A DNA stretch of 39,745 nucleotides from a virus. Both the position numbers and the translations under genes were made by a program. The notes under the pieces were generated by a model. It was not told where the DNA came from. It did no database searches and worked only from the letters and a program-made list of their open reading frames with translations. Location of the stretch: the IMG/VR virus record IMGVR_UViG_3300031466_000008; one strand, 5' to 3'. Shown here piece after piece: positions 33,817 to 39,745 of the stretch (position 1 is its first letter; the number at the start of each line of letters is the position of its first letter).

Positions 33817-34324
33817 GGTAGGCGGCATGTGGCCGGGGCCGGTGCCATCGTTCGAACAGTGCACAGCCCAGCTCGTCGGAAGTAGCTTCGATCTGCTCAC
33901 CTTCGTCAACGGCCCGACGGCGAAGGAAGTGAAGACGTTCCGCGATGCCTTCATGCGGCTTCATATTTCGGTCATCGACTCCATCCCGCTGATCGCGGTG
34001 TCGTATCTCGGCAGCCGCTGGACGTGGGACGCTTCCCTGAACGTGGTCGGCATCAGCGAGCGGGACGCGGCGGCGTTTTTCGCCCCGGGGAACGCGGTCA
34101 CGCTGTTCCTGGTTGACCGGCCGAAGCGCGTAATCAAGGCGATGCGGATGGTCGGTCTGCCGGAAACAGCAGAGCGCTTGATCAAGGCCGCGCTGCGTGA
34201 GCAGCTGACGCGATACCGCGGCCGCGCAGAGTTTGATGCGGCGCTGAATCGCATATACCAGCAATACAGCACAGACGACCTGATCCAGCGGGCGGATCTG
34301 GTGTGCGAGTTCAAAGGTAGGTAG
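33806..34324 (+). CDS. Hypothetical 172-aa protein, translationally coupled to the preceding small gene
   Basis: 11-nt overlap with the upstream stop. No recognisable motif. Confidence 0.6.
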   Translation: MRYEVGGMWPGPVPSFEQCTAQLVGSSFDLLTFVNGPTAKEVKTFRDAFMRLHISVIDSIPLIAVSYLGSRWTWDASLNVVGISERDAAAFFAPGNAVTLFLVDRPKRVIKAMRMVGLPETAERLIKAALREQLTRYRGRAEFDAALNRIYQQYSTDDLIQRADLVCEFKGR

Positions 34325-34356
34325 ACGACTCTGGAAGAACGTGGTATATTTGATAT

Positions 34357-34389
34357 GGCCGTGAGCGGAAGCACCGCCGCGGCCTTTTT
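34357..34389 (+). terminator. Intrinsic terminator
   Basis: GGCCGTG(A)GCGG-AAGCA-CCGCCGCGGCC gives about 11 bp with one bulge, followed by TTTTT. Confidence 0.8.
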
Positions 34390-34398
34390 GCGCTGGAG

Positions 34399-34590
34399 GT
34401 GGTGACTGTGCGGCCGTATATCGGCCCGATCCCGACGTGCCGCTGCAAAGCTCTCATGCGGCCGCGCTGGACCCGTGACCAGTGGCCACAGGCGTACGTC
34501 TGCACGCGGTGCAGCCGTCCGGTGCCGGGGTATGAGCGGATGTGGCTGCGGCGGCAGCGGGCGATCGAAAAAGGAGAGAAGCGCGGATGA
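34399..34590 (+). CDS. Small Zn-ribbon-like protein
   Basis: GGAGGTG RBS before GTG. CRC...CTRC. Confidence 0.45.
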   Translation: MVTVRPYIGPIPTCRCKALMRPRWTRDQWPQAYVCTRCSRPVPGYERMWLRRQRAIEKGEKRG

Positions 34591-34616
34591 GACCGGCTGC
34601 TCTCCTATTTTTTTGT
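34573..34616 (+). terminator. Intrinsic terminator
   Basis: GGAGAGAAGC...GCTGCTCTCC followed by TATTTTTTTG. Confidence 0.7.
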
Positions 34617-34666
34617 GTACGTTCCACCGTATAGGCCATTGAGCCGGTATATACGTAAGAGCGTAC
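34617..34666. other. Candidate attP core (speculative)
   Basis: 50-bp imperfect inverted repeat: GTACGTTCCACCGTATA (34617-34633) versus the reverse complement of 34650-34666 (13/17 match). It abuts the 3' end of the serine integrase gene. Confidence 0.25.
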
Positions 34667-36075
34667 TACGCCAATATTATCTGTGTGATGGACCATGCGT
34701 CATCTTTGCGAATCGTTATTGACTTGAATACAGACTGAACGACTTGCTTCCGGGTTGTTTGACTGAGCATATCCCAGTTTTGTTCTAACTGATTCAATAT
34801 CTCTCGCGCCTCGTCAGCCGAAATAGAGGAGGGTGTGGCTGTCGGAAGTTCGGTTAGCCTCTTTTCCAACTCAGCTGCTCGCTCCATTTCTTCCCTCATG
34901 AGCTTCGCGAAATCCTCATATGGCATGTTGCCGTCGCCAAAAGCCATCTGCCATCGGTTACGACGCATCTCGCTCTGTTGGAGTTGGCGAAGAATCTCCT
35001 CGCGTTCAGTCGAGGGTTCCTGTTTATCATCCCAGGATAAAAGCTCGGGGATCAGGTGGATTGAGTTAAAAATCAGCTTTGTTAAGTTTCGCTCAGAAAT
35101 ACCAGATTGATCGCACGTCCCGTACTTCGCATTGTTTGTGCATTCATACCCGCGATATAACTGGTTTCCGCGCTTCTTGTTGTATTTGCCTTTATAATTC
35201 CCTCCGCACTTCCCGCATCGTATGATGCCGCTAAAGACATAATCATACGACGTTTTGGATGCCATTCCAGCTTTTCGCCGTTCCAGGAGTCGTTGAGCAG
35301 CTTCGAAAGTTTCAACGGATATGATCGGTTCGTGGCTTCCGTCAACTATGATCCGTTCATCGTCAGGTTTGCTCGCGTCCTTCCAATGTACCCGGCCGAC
35401 ATAGTGCCAGTTCGTCAGCGTCATCATCACCTTGTGCTGATCCCACTTAGCGCCCCGGTTGCGTCGCACTCCCATCTCGTTTAGCCGTTTGGCGATGTTC
35501 GTCGATCCGATCCCGGCGAGGTATTGATCAAATATCCACCGCACCCATTTGGCCTCATCCGGCTTCACAATCAGTTTCCCGTCTTCCGCTCTCTCGTATC
35601 CGAATAGGGGGACAGTGATGTTATGCAGACCCTTCTTTGCTCTAGTGCTCATGCCTTTTTTGACTTCCTCGCTCAGATTTTCGCGATACCATTGGGCGAT
35701 TATTCCGAGCATGAAAACGAACATACGTCCCATAGCCGAAGAAGTGTCGAGGTGTTCTGTAACTGAAATGAACTTTATGTTGTGCTTTTCAAACAATTTC
35801 ATGAGCTTGTGGAGATCGCCGACATTTCGCGTTAAACGGTCCAACTTATGAACCACGACTGCATCAATATTCCCCTGCTCGATCTCCGCAATGAGTTTCT
35901 GAATACCGGGACGTTTCAGATTTTTGCCGGAATAACCGGGGTCATCAAAATATCCAACAAGCGTCCAGCCTTCCTCCTGAATGCGTTTCAAGTTCCTTTC
36001 GCGTTGGGCATCCAACGAATGCCCTTCATTGGCTTGTTCCTCTGTGCTGACGCGACCATAACCTACGGCCCTCAT
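34666..36075 (-). CDS. int: Large serine recombinase (integrase)
   Basis: MRAVGYGRVSTEEQ...SLDAQ...DRLTRN resolvase domain, then a recombinase domain and a CGKCG Zn-ribbon. AAGGAGG RBS before ATG 36075. Confidence 0.95.
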   Translation of the reverse strand: MRAVGYGRVSTEEQANEGHSLDAQRERNLKRIQEEGWTLVGYFDDPGYSGKNLKRPGIQKLIAEIEQGNIDAVVVHKLDRLTRNVGDLHKLMKLFEKHNIKFISVTEHLDTSSAMGRMFVFMLGIIAQWYRENLSEEVKKGMSTRAKKGLHNITVPLFGYERAEDGKLIVKPDEAKWVRWIFDQYLAGIGSTNIAKRLNEMGVRRNRGAKWDQHKVMMTLTNWHYVGRVHWKDASKPDDERIIVDGSHEPIISVETFEAAQRLLERRKAGMASKTSYDYVFSGIIRCGKCGGNYKGKYNKKRGNQLYRGYECTNNAKYGTCDQSGISERNLTKLIFNSIHLIPELLSWDDKQEPSTEREEILRQLQQSEMRRNRWQMAFGDGNMPYEDFAKLMREEMERAAELEKRLTELPTATPSSISADEAREILNQLEQNWDMLSQTTRKQVVQSVFKSITIRKDDAWSITQIILA

Positions 36076-36079
36076 TATC

Positions 36080-36691
36080 TCATGCCTCCTTTTCCGGTCT
36101 GAAATGACCCAAATATACGCCACATATCGTCATTTGATTGGGTTGGACCTCAATTGCTTCGTAGTTGTCGTTGGCTGGTTCCAGTCTGATCATTGGGGAT
36201 TCAAGGGACCAGCGAATCCGTTTTAGCGTCCCTTCTTCTTGATCATTGATAAGGGCCGCTACAATCTGTCCGTTGTAGTCGGCCCAGGATGCTTTCTTGA
36301 AGTATACAATGTCTCCGTCCTCGATCCCGGCGCCGATCATGCTGTCGCCCTTCACTCGGAGCGCAAAATCTGGCTGCCGTTTTCCCATCAGCGGATACCT
36401 TACGTATTCCTCAATATTTTGCTCCGCGAGCAGGCCGTCGCCCGCACATATCGTCCCAACGACAGGTATGTCTTCTGAGGACCTTCCGATCCCTAAAATG
36501 CGTTCGATAGTAGTATCCAAAGCATCTGCATAGAGACCGATATCGTTTATAGGGAATTCTCTTTGCCCGTTTTCATATCTGGATAGTGTGGATTTGGCCA
36601 CGCCAACCCTGCGCGCAAGCTCGTCAAGCGACCAGCCTTTAGCTTCACGCAATTTCTTAATTTCCAAAATAACTTCCTTCGAACTTCTCAA
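36080..36691 (-). CDS. cI: CI-like repressor (XRE HTH plus S24 LexA-like peptidase)
   Basis: WSLDELARRVGVAKSTLSRYENG (HTH); VKGDSM and TLKR (the Ser/Lys dyad context). The start is TTG 36691 or GTG 36700; the long ORF extends to 36829. Confidence 0.9.
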   Translation of the reverse strand: MRSSKEVILEIKKLREAKGWSLDELARRVGVAKSTLSRYENGQREFPINDIGLYADALDTTIERILGIGRSSEDIPVVGTICAGDGLLAEQNIEEYVRYPLMGKRQPDFALRVKGDSMIGAGIEDGDIVYFKKASWADYNGQIVAALINDQEEGTLKRIRWSLESPMIRLEPANDNYEAIEVQPNQMTICGVYLGHFRPEKEA

Positions 36692-36723
36692 CTCGATCAC
36701 CTCGGGAACGATTTTATCATAAT

Positions 36724-36794
36724 TGTTCCAAATAGGCAACAAAAATATACGTTCGAATTTATCTGTTGACAAACGGGAACAAAAACGATAATAT
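36724..36794. promoter_or_regulatory. Lysogeny switch: two operator-like 18-mers plus divergent promoters
   Basis: O-like TGTTCCAAATAGGCAACA (36724-36741) and TGTTGACAAACGGGAACA (36764-36781). Rightward promoter: TTGACA (36766-36771), 17-nt spacer, TAATAT (36789-36794). Leftward promoter: TTGCCT (reverse complement of 36734-36739), 17-nt spacer, TGATAAAAT (reverse complement of 36711-36719). Confidence 0.6.
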
Positions 36795-36815
36795 AGGCTC
36801 ACGAGGAGGTGAACA

Positions 36816-37055
36816 GTGGTGCAATTCAACCTGCAGAAGCTCCGTTACGAAAGACTGTCCCGCCAGGTCTCACAAGAAGAAATCGCTTCCGCACTCAATA
36901 TCTCTCGCTCTTATTATCATAAAAAAGAGACTGGCAAAGCGAAAATGACGGTCGATGAGTTCGCCAAAGTCGTTGAGGTCCTCGGAATCCCGGAAAATGA
37001 GATCCGAAATTTTTTTACCCTCAATGTTCCCAAACGGGAACAAAACACGGCATGA
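36816..37055 (+). CDS. cro: Cro/XRE-family HTH regulator
   Basis: SQEEIASALNISRSYYHKKETG. Divergent from cI. GAGGAGG RBS. Confidence 0.8.
   Translation: MVQFNLQKLRYERLSRQVSQEEIASALNISRSYYHKKETGKAKMTVDEFAKVVEVLGIPENEIRNFFTLNVPKREQNTA
37025..37042. promoter_or_regulatory. Perfect palindromic operator-like site TGTTCCCAAACGGGAACA
   Basis: 7-bp arms are perfectly complementary. Same family as the two sites at 36724-36781. Confidence 0.5.
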
Positions 37056-37065
37056 GGTGGGCCGC

Positions 37066-37206
37066 ATGACTGATAAGCAAGCAGAACGCGGAGCGGATGG
37101 GAAGTTCGTCATTAGGTTCTCGCTTCCGGATTGGCTGGTTCGAAAAATCGTCCTTGAAGTGCGAGCGGCAAAAGAAGCTGCTGGAAAGGAGGTGACCACC
37201 GCATGA
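37066..37206 (+). CDS. Hypothetical small protein
   Basis: GAGGTGG RBS before ATG 37066. Confidence 0.5.
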   Translation: MTDKQAERGADGKFVIRFSLPDWLVRKIVLEVRAAKEAAGKEVTTA

Positions 37207-37439
37207 ACAAAACCAGAACCGTCGAGGAGATCATGGATCAGCTCCGCACACGCATAGCAGACGGCGTCGTCGATTGGGCGTATGTGCTCGGTATGATTGA
37301 GTTCTACGCCCACGATACCGGCGATCCGGAAATCAGGCTGCAAAACATCCAAAACGCGATCAAGGCATTCGACCGGCTGCGGGCGGAGCGACAGGGGCAA
37401 ATTTTCGAGGCTGATTTCAGGGAGGTGAACAACCGATGA
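37203..37439 (+). CDS. Hypothetical protein
   Basis: ATGA overlap with the previous stop. Confidence 0.6.
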   Translation: MNKTRTVEEIMDQLRTRIADGVVDWAYVLGMIEFYAHDTGDPEIRLQNIQNAIKAFDRLRAERQGQIFEADFREVNNR

Positions 37440-37636
37440 TCAAGCGAATCCTTCGCGCATTGGGTCGCACCCGAGCGAAGCGCACCAAACCGCCGTACCG
37501 CCCCGGCACGCTCGGCGTATCCGCTGTGTCCGAGGCGATCCGCCACGACTACGGCGTGATCCTGAGCCGCCGGGAGCGCCGGCAACTGGCAAGGCGAGGC
37601 GGGCCGGCATTCCGCCCCTACTGCAATGAGAGGTGA
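37436..37636 (+). CDS. Hypothetical basic protein
   Basis: ATGA overlap. Arg-rich. Confidence 0.5.
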   Translation: MIKRILRALGRTRAKRTKPPYRPGTLGVSAVSEAIRHDYGVILSRRERRQLARRGGPAFRPYCNER

Positions 37637-37860
37637 TCAAGATGCCGCAAACGGCCGGTACAGAAGGAGGTGACGACGTGACCACTCACGACGAATACCG
37701 CGCCGCGCTCGCTGAGCATCAGGCTGCGCAGACGATGTTCGATCAGGCCGAGCCCGACCGAGTGGACGAGGCGGTGTACCGGCTGCGGGCGGCGGAGCTC
37801 AGGGTGGGGACGGTGATCCGTGCATTGAAGGAGGTGACAACCAATGAACGTATGGCGTAG
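37633..37860 (+). CDS. Hypothetical protein
   Basis: Packed ORF with start/stop overlap. Confidence 0.5.
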   Translation: MIKMPQTAGTEGGDDVTTHDEYRAALAEHQAAQTMFDQAEPDRVDEAVYRLRAAELRVGTVIRALKEVTTNERMA

Positions 37861-38023
37861 CCCTCTGTCCATCTGCCCGGACCAGAGGATCGAAATCGCG
37901 CTGGTCTGTGACGGCGATCTCTATAGCTCGGGATGCAGCCTCGCGCGGTATGGTCGCGAAACGATCACAATCGAAAAGTGTCTGCAGGTGTATGAAGCAG
38001 AAAAAGAAAAAGCCGCCCAATGA
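37844..38023 (+). CDS. Hypothetical 59-aa protein (not in the ORF track)
   Basis: GGAGGTG RBS 7 nt before ATG 37844. MNVWRSPLSICPDQRIEIALVCDG.... Confidence 0.45.
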   Translation: MNVWRSPLSICPDQRIEIALVCDGDLYSSGCSLARYGRETITIEKCLQVYEAEKEKAAQ

Positions 38024-38173
38024 GAGCGGCACAAACAAAAACACATCAAGTCCATCATATCACAGATGGGAACGGAGGGGAAGCATGAACAAGCACAAGA
38101 AACCCAATCTCCAAGCGTTGGCTGCTGCAGTAACGGTCCTCATGATCGTAAGCCAGATGGGGGTGAAGCGGAA

Positions 38174-38365
38174 ATGACCGAACTTCACATCGAAGGCCAC
38201 ATCTCCAAGAAATTCGACATATTGATCGAGCCTTCGCCGATCCCTACACTATGCATCTACACCGACCACCTGACACTCTACTTCGAGGCCGCTGATTGCC
38301 AACTCATAGACGTTTACACCGCGCTGAAAGAACACCTTGAGAGTCGGGGGATGCTCGATGATTAG
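38174..38365 (+). CDS. Hypothetical protein
   Basis: Internal ATG 38174 of the 38066 ORF, preceded by GGGGTGA. Confidence 0.45.
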   Translation: MTELHIEGHISKKFDILIEPSPIPTLCIYTDHLTLYFEAADCQLIDVYTALKEHLESRGMLDD

Positions 38366-38567
38366 TTTTGATCGGTTCGCGCATGGTCTGCCCGATCCAC
38401 AGGAACGGCCGGCTGCCCGAGTCGGGGAATGCACTTACGAAAAGTGCCAGTCGGCCATCTACCTCGGGGACGAGGTTGTGGAGCTGGACGGAGACCTCTA
38501 CTGTGACGCTTACTGCCTCATGAAACATCTCGGCGGCAGGTACGTGGCCGCTGGAATGGAGGATTGA
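38358..38567 (+). CDS. Hypothetical Cys-containing protein
   Basis: ATG 38358. C..C......DGDLYCDAYC. Confidence 0.5.
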   Translation: MISFDRFAHGLPDPQERPAARVGECTYEKCQSAIYLGDEVVELDGDLYCDAYCLMKHLGGRYVAAGMED

Positions 38568-38571
38568 AGGC

Positions 38572-38817
38572 GTGTCTGACATCAAGGTGCGGTTGGTCCT
38601 CAAGCATGAGGACGGAAGGTACCTGAGCTGGAACCCTGACCGTTACCCTTTATCTCCGAAACTCTCGGACGCTAGACGTTTTGTCAGCGCGGAGGAAATC
38701 GCGCTGTTTCTTGAGACAAGCCCCTACAGACCGGAAGAAGTAGGGTTGTCTGCGAGTGAGTTCGAGGTTCGGGAAATCGAAATCGAATATCGGGAGCGTG
38801 AAGAGGGTGGAAACTGA
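38572..38817 (+). CDS. Hypothetical protein
   Basis: GTG start, packed ORF. Confidence 0.5.
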   Translation: MSDIKVRLVLKHEDGRYLSWNPDRYPLSPKLSDARRFVSAEEIALFLETSPYRPEEVGLSASEFEVREIEIEYREREEGGN

Positions 38818-39439
38818 ACGCAAGCTTGTATCAAAGCTGGCGGAGGTCATGAAGCGTGTTCGGTACATCCAAAAGACTGGCGTAAATGATTTCCACCGCT
38901 ACAAATACGCCACGGAAGCAGACGTAAACGAACACGTCCGGGAAGTCCTTGCTGAACTCAACGTCGTCATGATTCCCAACGTTGTCAGCCATTCGGTCCG
39001 CGAACATATCAACGCGAAAGGCAAGACCGAGTACATCGTGACGGTAGGAGTAGACTTTACTTTCCACGACGGCGAAACGGGCGAAACCATTACGTTTCGC
39101 ACATACGGAGAGGGTCAAGACGCAGGCGACAAGGGGACGTACAAGGCCATCACAGGCGCGCAAAAGTACGCCTTGATGAAAGCCTTCATGATCCCGACTG
39201 GCGACGATCCAGAAGGCGACAACGGCGTTGACGAGCGGAATAACGCGCAAACCGAGATTCCCGCGACGTTAAAGGCCAAGTACCAGCTCGGAGCAGGATC
39301 GCTTGACGGGTTCGAGGAGTGGGTTAACGCCCAACTTGCCAAAGGTTACACATACGCCCAGATGGAGCGTTACCTGACCGAACGCCTCAACAAGCGGAAG
39401 GAGGGCGCGGGTGACAAGCAGCCCGCCAAAACGACATGA
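38807..39439 (+). CDS. ERF-family single-strand annealing recombinase
   Basis: FHRYKYATEADVNEHVREVLAELNVVM and GDKGTYKAITGAQKYALMKAFMIPTGDDPE. The start is uncertain; the ORF is open from 38756. Confidence 0.75.
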   Translation: METERKLVSKLAEVMKRVRYIQKTGVNDFHRYKYATEADVNEHVREVLAELNVVMIPNVVSHSVREHINAKGKTEYIVTVGVDFTFHDGETGETITFRTYGEGQDAGDKGTYKAITGAQKYALMKAFMIPTGDDPEGDNGVDERNNAQTEIPATLKAKYQLGAGSLDGFEEWVNAQLAKGYTYAQMERYLTERLNKRKEGAGDKQPAKTT

Positions 39440-39745
39440 ACCTTGAACAGCACTTGAAAGAAATAACACGTCTTCGCCGGGAGGCGGACAGCCTCCCCGA
39501 AGACAACCCTGCCGGGCTGATCAGAAAGATCGAATTGCTGGCGAAGTGCATGGTTTATGTCGGTCGCGTCTCAAGCGCCCTAGACGGCGAATACAAGCGC
39601 ATCTACGCCGAGCGCAAGCGGAAGTATGCCGAAGCCTATATCGCGGCTCCACGGTCAAAAGAAGCGCATGCAGAGTTGGCTGTCGTCGAACTGCGGGAGA
39701 AGGAAGCACAGGCATACGAAGACAGCAGGCGGTGGCGGAATGCGC
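39436..39745 (+). CDS. 5' part of the wrap-around hypothetical coiled-coil protein (continues at 1-234)
   Basis: ATGA overlap with the ERF stop. Open to the window end. Confidence 0.75.
   Translation, partial: MNLEQHLKEITRLRREADSLPEDNPAGLIRKIELLAKCMVYVGRVSSALDGEYKRIYAERKRKYAEAYIAAPRSKEAHAELAVVELREKEAQAYEDSRRWRNA
39619..39745. repeat. Contig-end direct repeat, copy 2 (identical to 1-127)
   Basis: Same 127-nt string, cggaagtatgccgaagcc...ggtggcggaatgcgc. Confidence 0.95.

Noticed and set aside
1-39745. CRISPR arrays, retrons, diversity-generating retroelements or transposases
   Set aside because: There are no regularly spaced direct repeats, no reverse-transcriptase-like ORF (no YxDD context) and no DDE or IS-type transposase. 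The only recombinase is the serine integrase.

Overview
This window is a complete, circularly closed genome of about 39.6 kb. Bases 1-127 are identical to 39619-39745, so the unique length is 39618 bp. It is a temperate siphovirus-type phage or prophage with an HK97-fold head and a non-contractile tail. The host is probably a moderately GC-rich Bacillota (Bacillales-like), judged from XkdW/XkdX-like genes, the holin, a GH73 lysin, a LexA-like CI repressor and a large serine integrase; this is an inference.

Layout on the + strand:
- 203-8757: replication, recombination and early genes. These are a Zn-finger nuclease, DnaD-like organizer, DnaC-like loader, RusA, SSB, Dam methylase, several HNH nucleases, many small ORFs, a DUF551 protein and a RinA/ArpU-like late activator.
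- 8760-14460: accessory block. It holds a DUF559-like nuclease, a 0.7-kb ORF-free structured-RNA locus, a metallophosphoesterase, a DUF5664-like protein and an N6/N4 DNA methyltransferase carrying a nested HNH gene.
- 14465-17221: packaging genes (HNH, a cos-like region, TerS, TerL).
- 17461-29513: HK97-type head and tail genes. These are portal, protease, capsid, connectors, major tail protein, G/GT chaperones, an intron-split tape measure gene, distal tail protein and tail fibre.
- 28959-31649: post-tail cassette.
- 31679-32715: lysis genes (holin, lysin).
- 32794-34590: moron island.
- 34666-37055: lysogeny switch, with serine integrase and CI on the - strand and a Cro-like gene on the + strand.
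- 37066 to the window end: early genes including ERF, with the last ORF wrapping around to base 234.

Main points of interest:
1. An unclassified large structured RNA candidate with an embedded tRNA-like domain.
2. An ORF-less group I intron in the tape measure gene, with readable P1, P10 and omega-G.
3. An HNH homing-endonuclease gene nested out of frame inside a methyltransferase ORF that stays open, flanked by a diverged 45-nt duplication.
4. A G10 tract that frameshifts the dam gene.
5. A promoter-equipped moron island next to the integrase.

All protein calls rest on motifs I recognised by eye. No searches were run.
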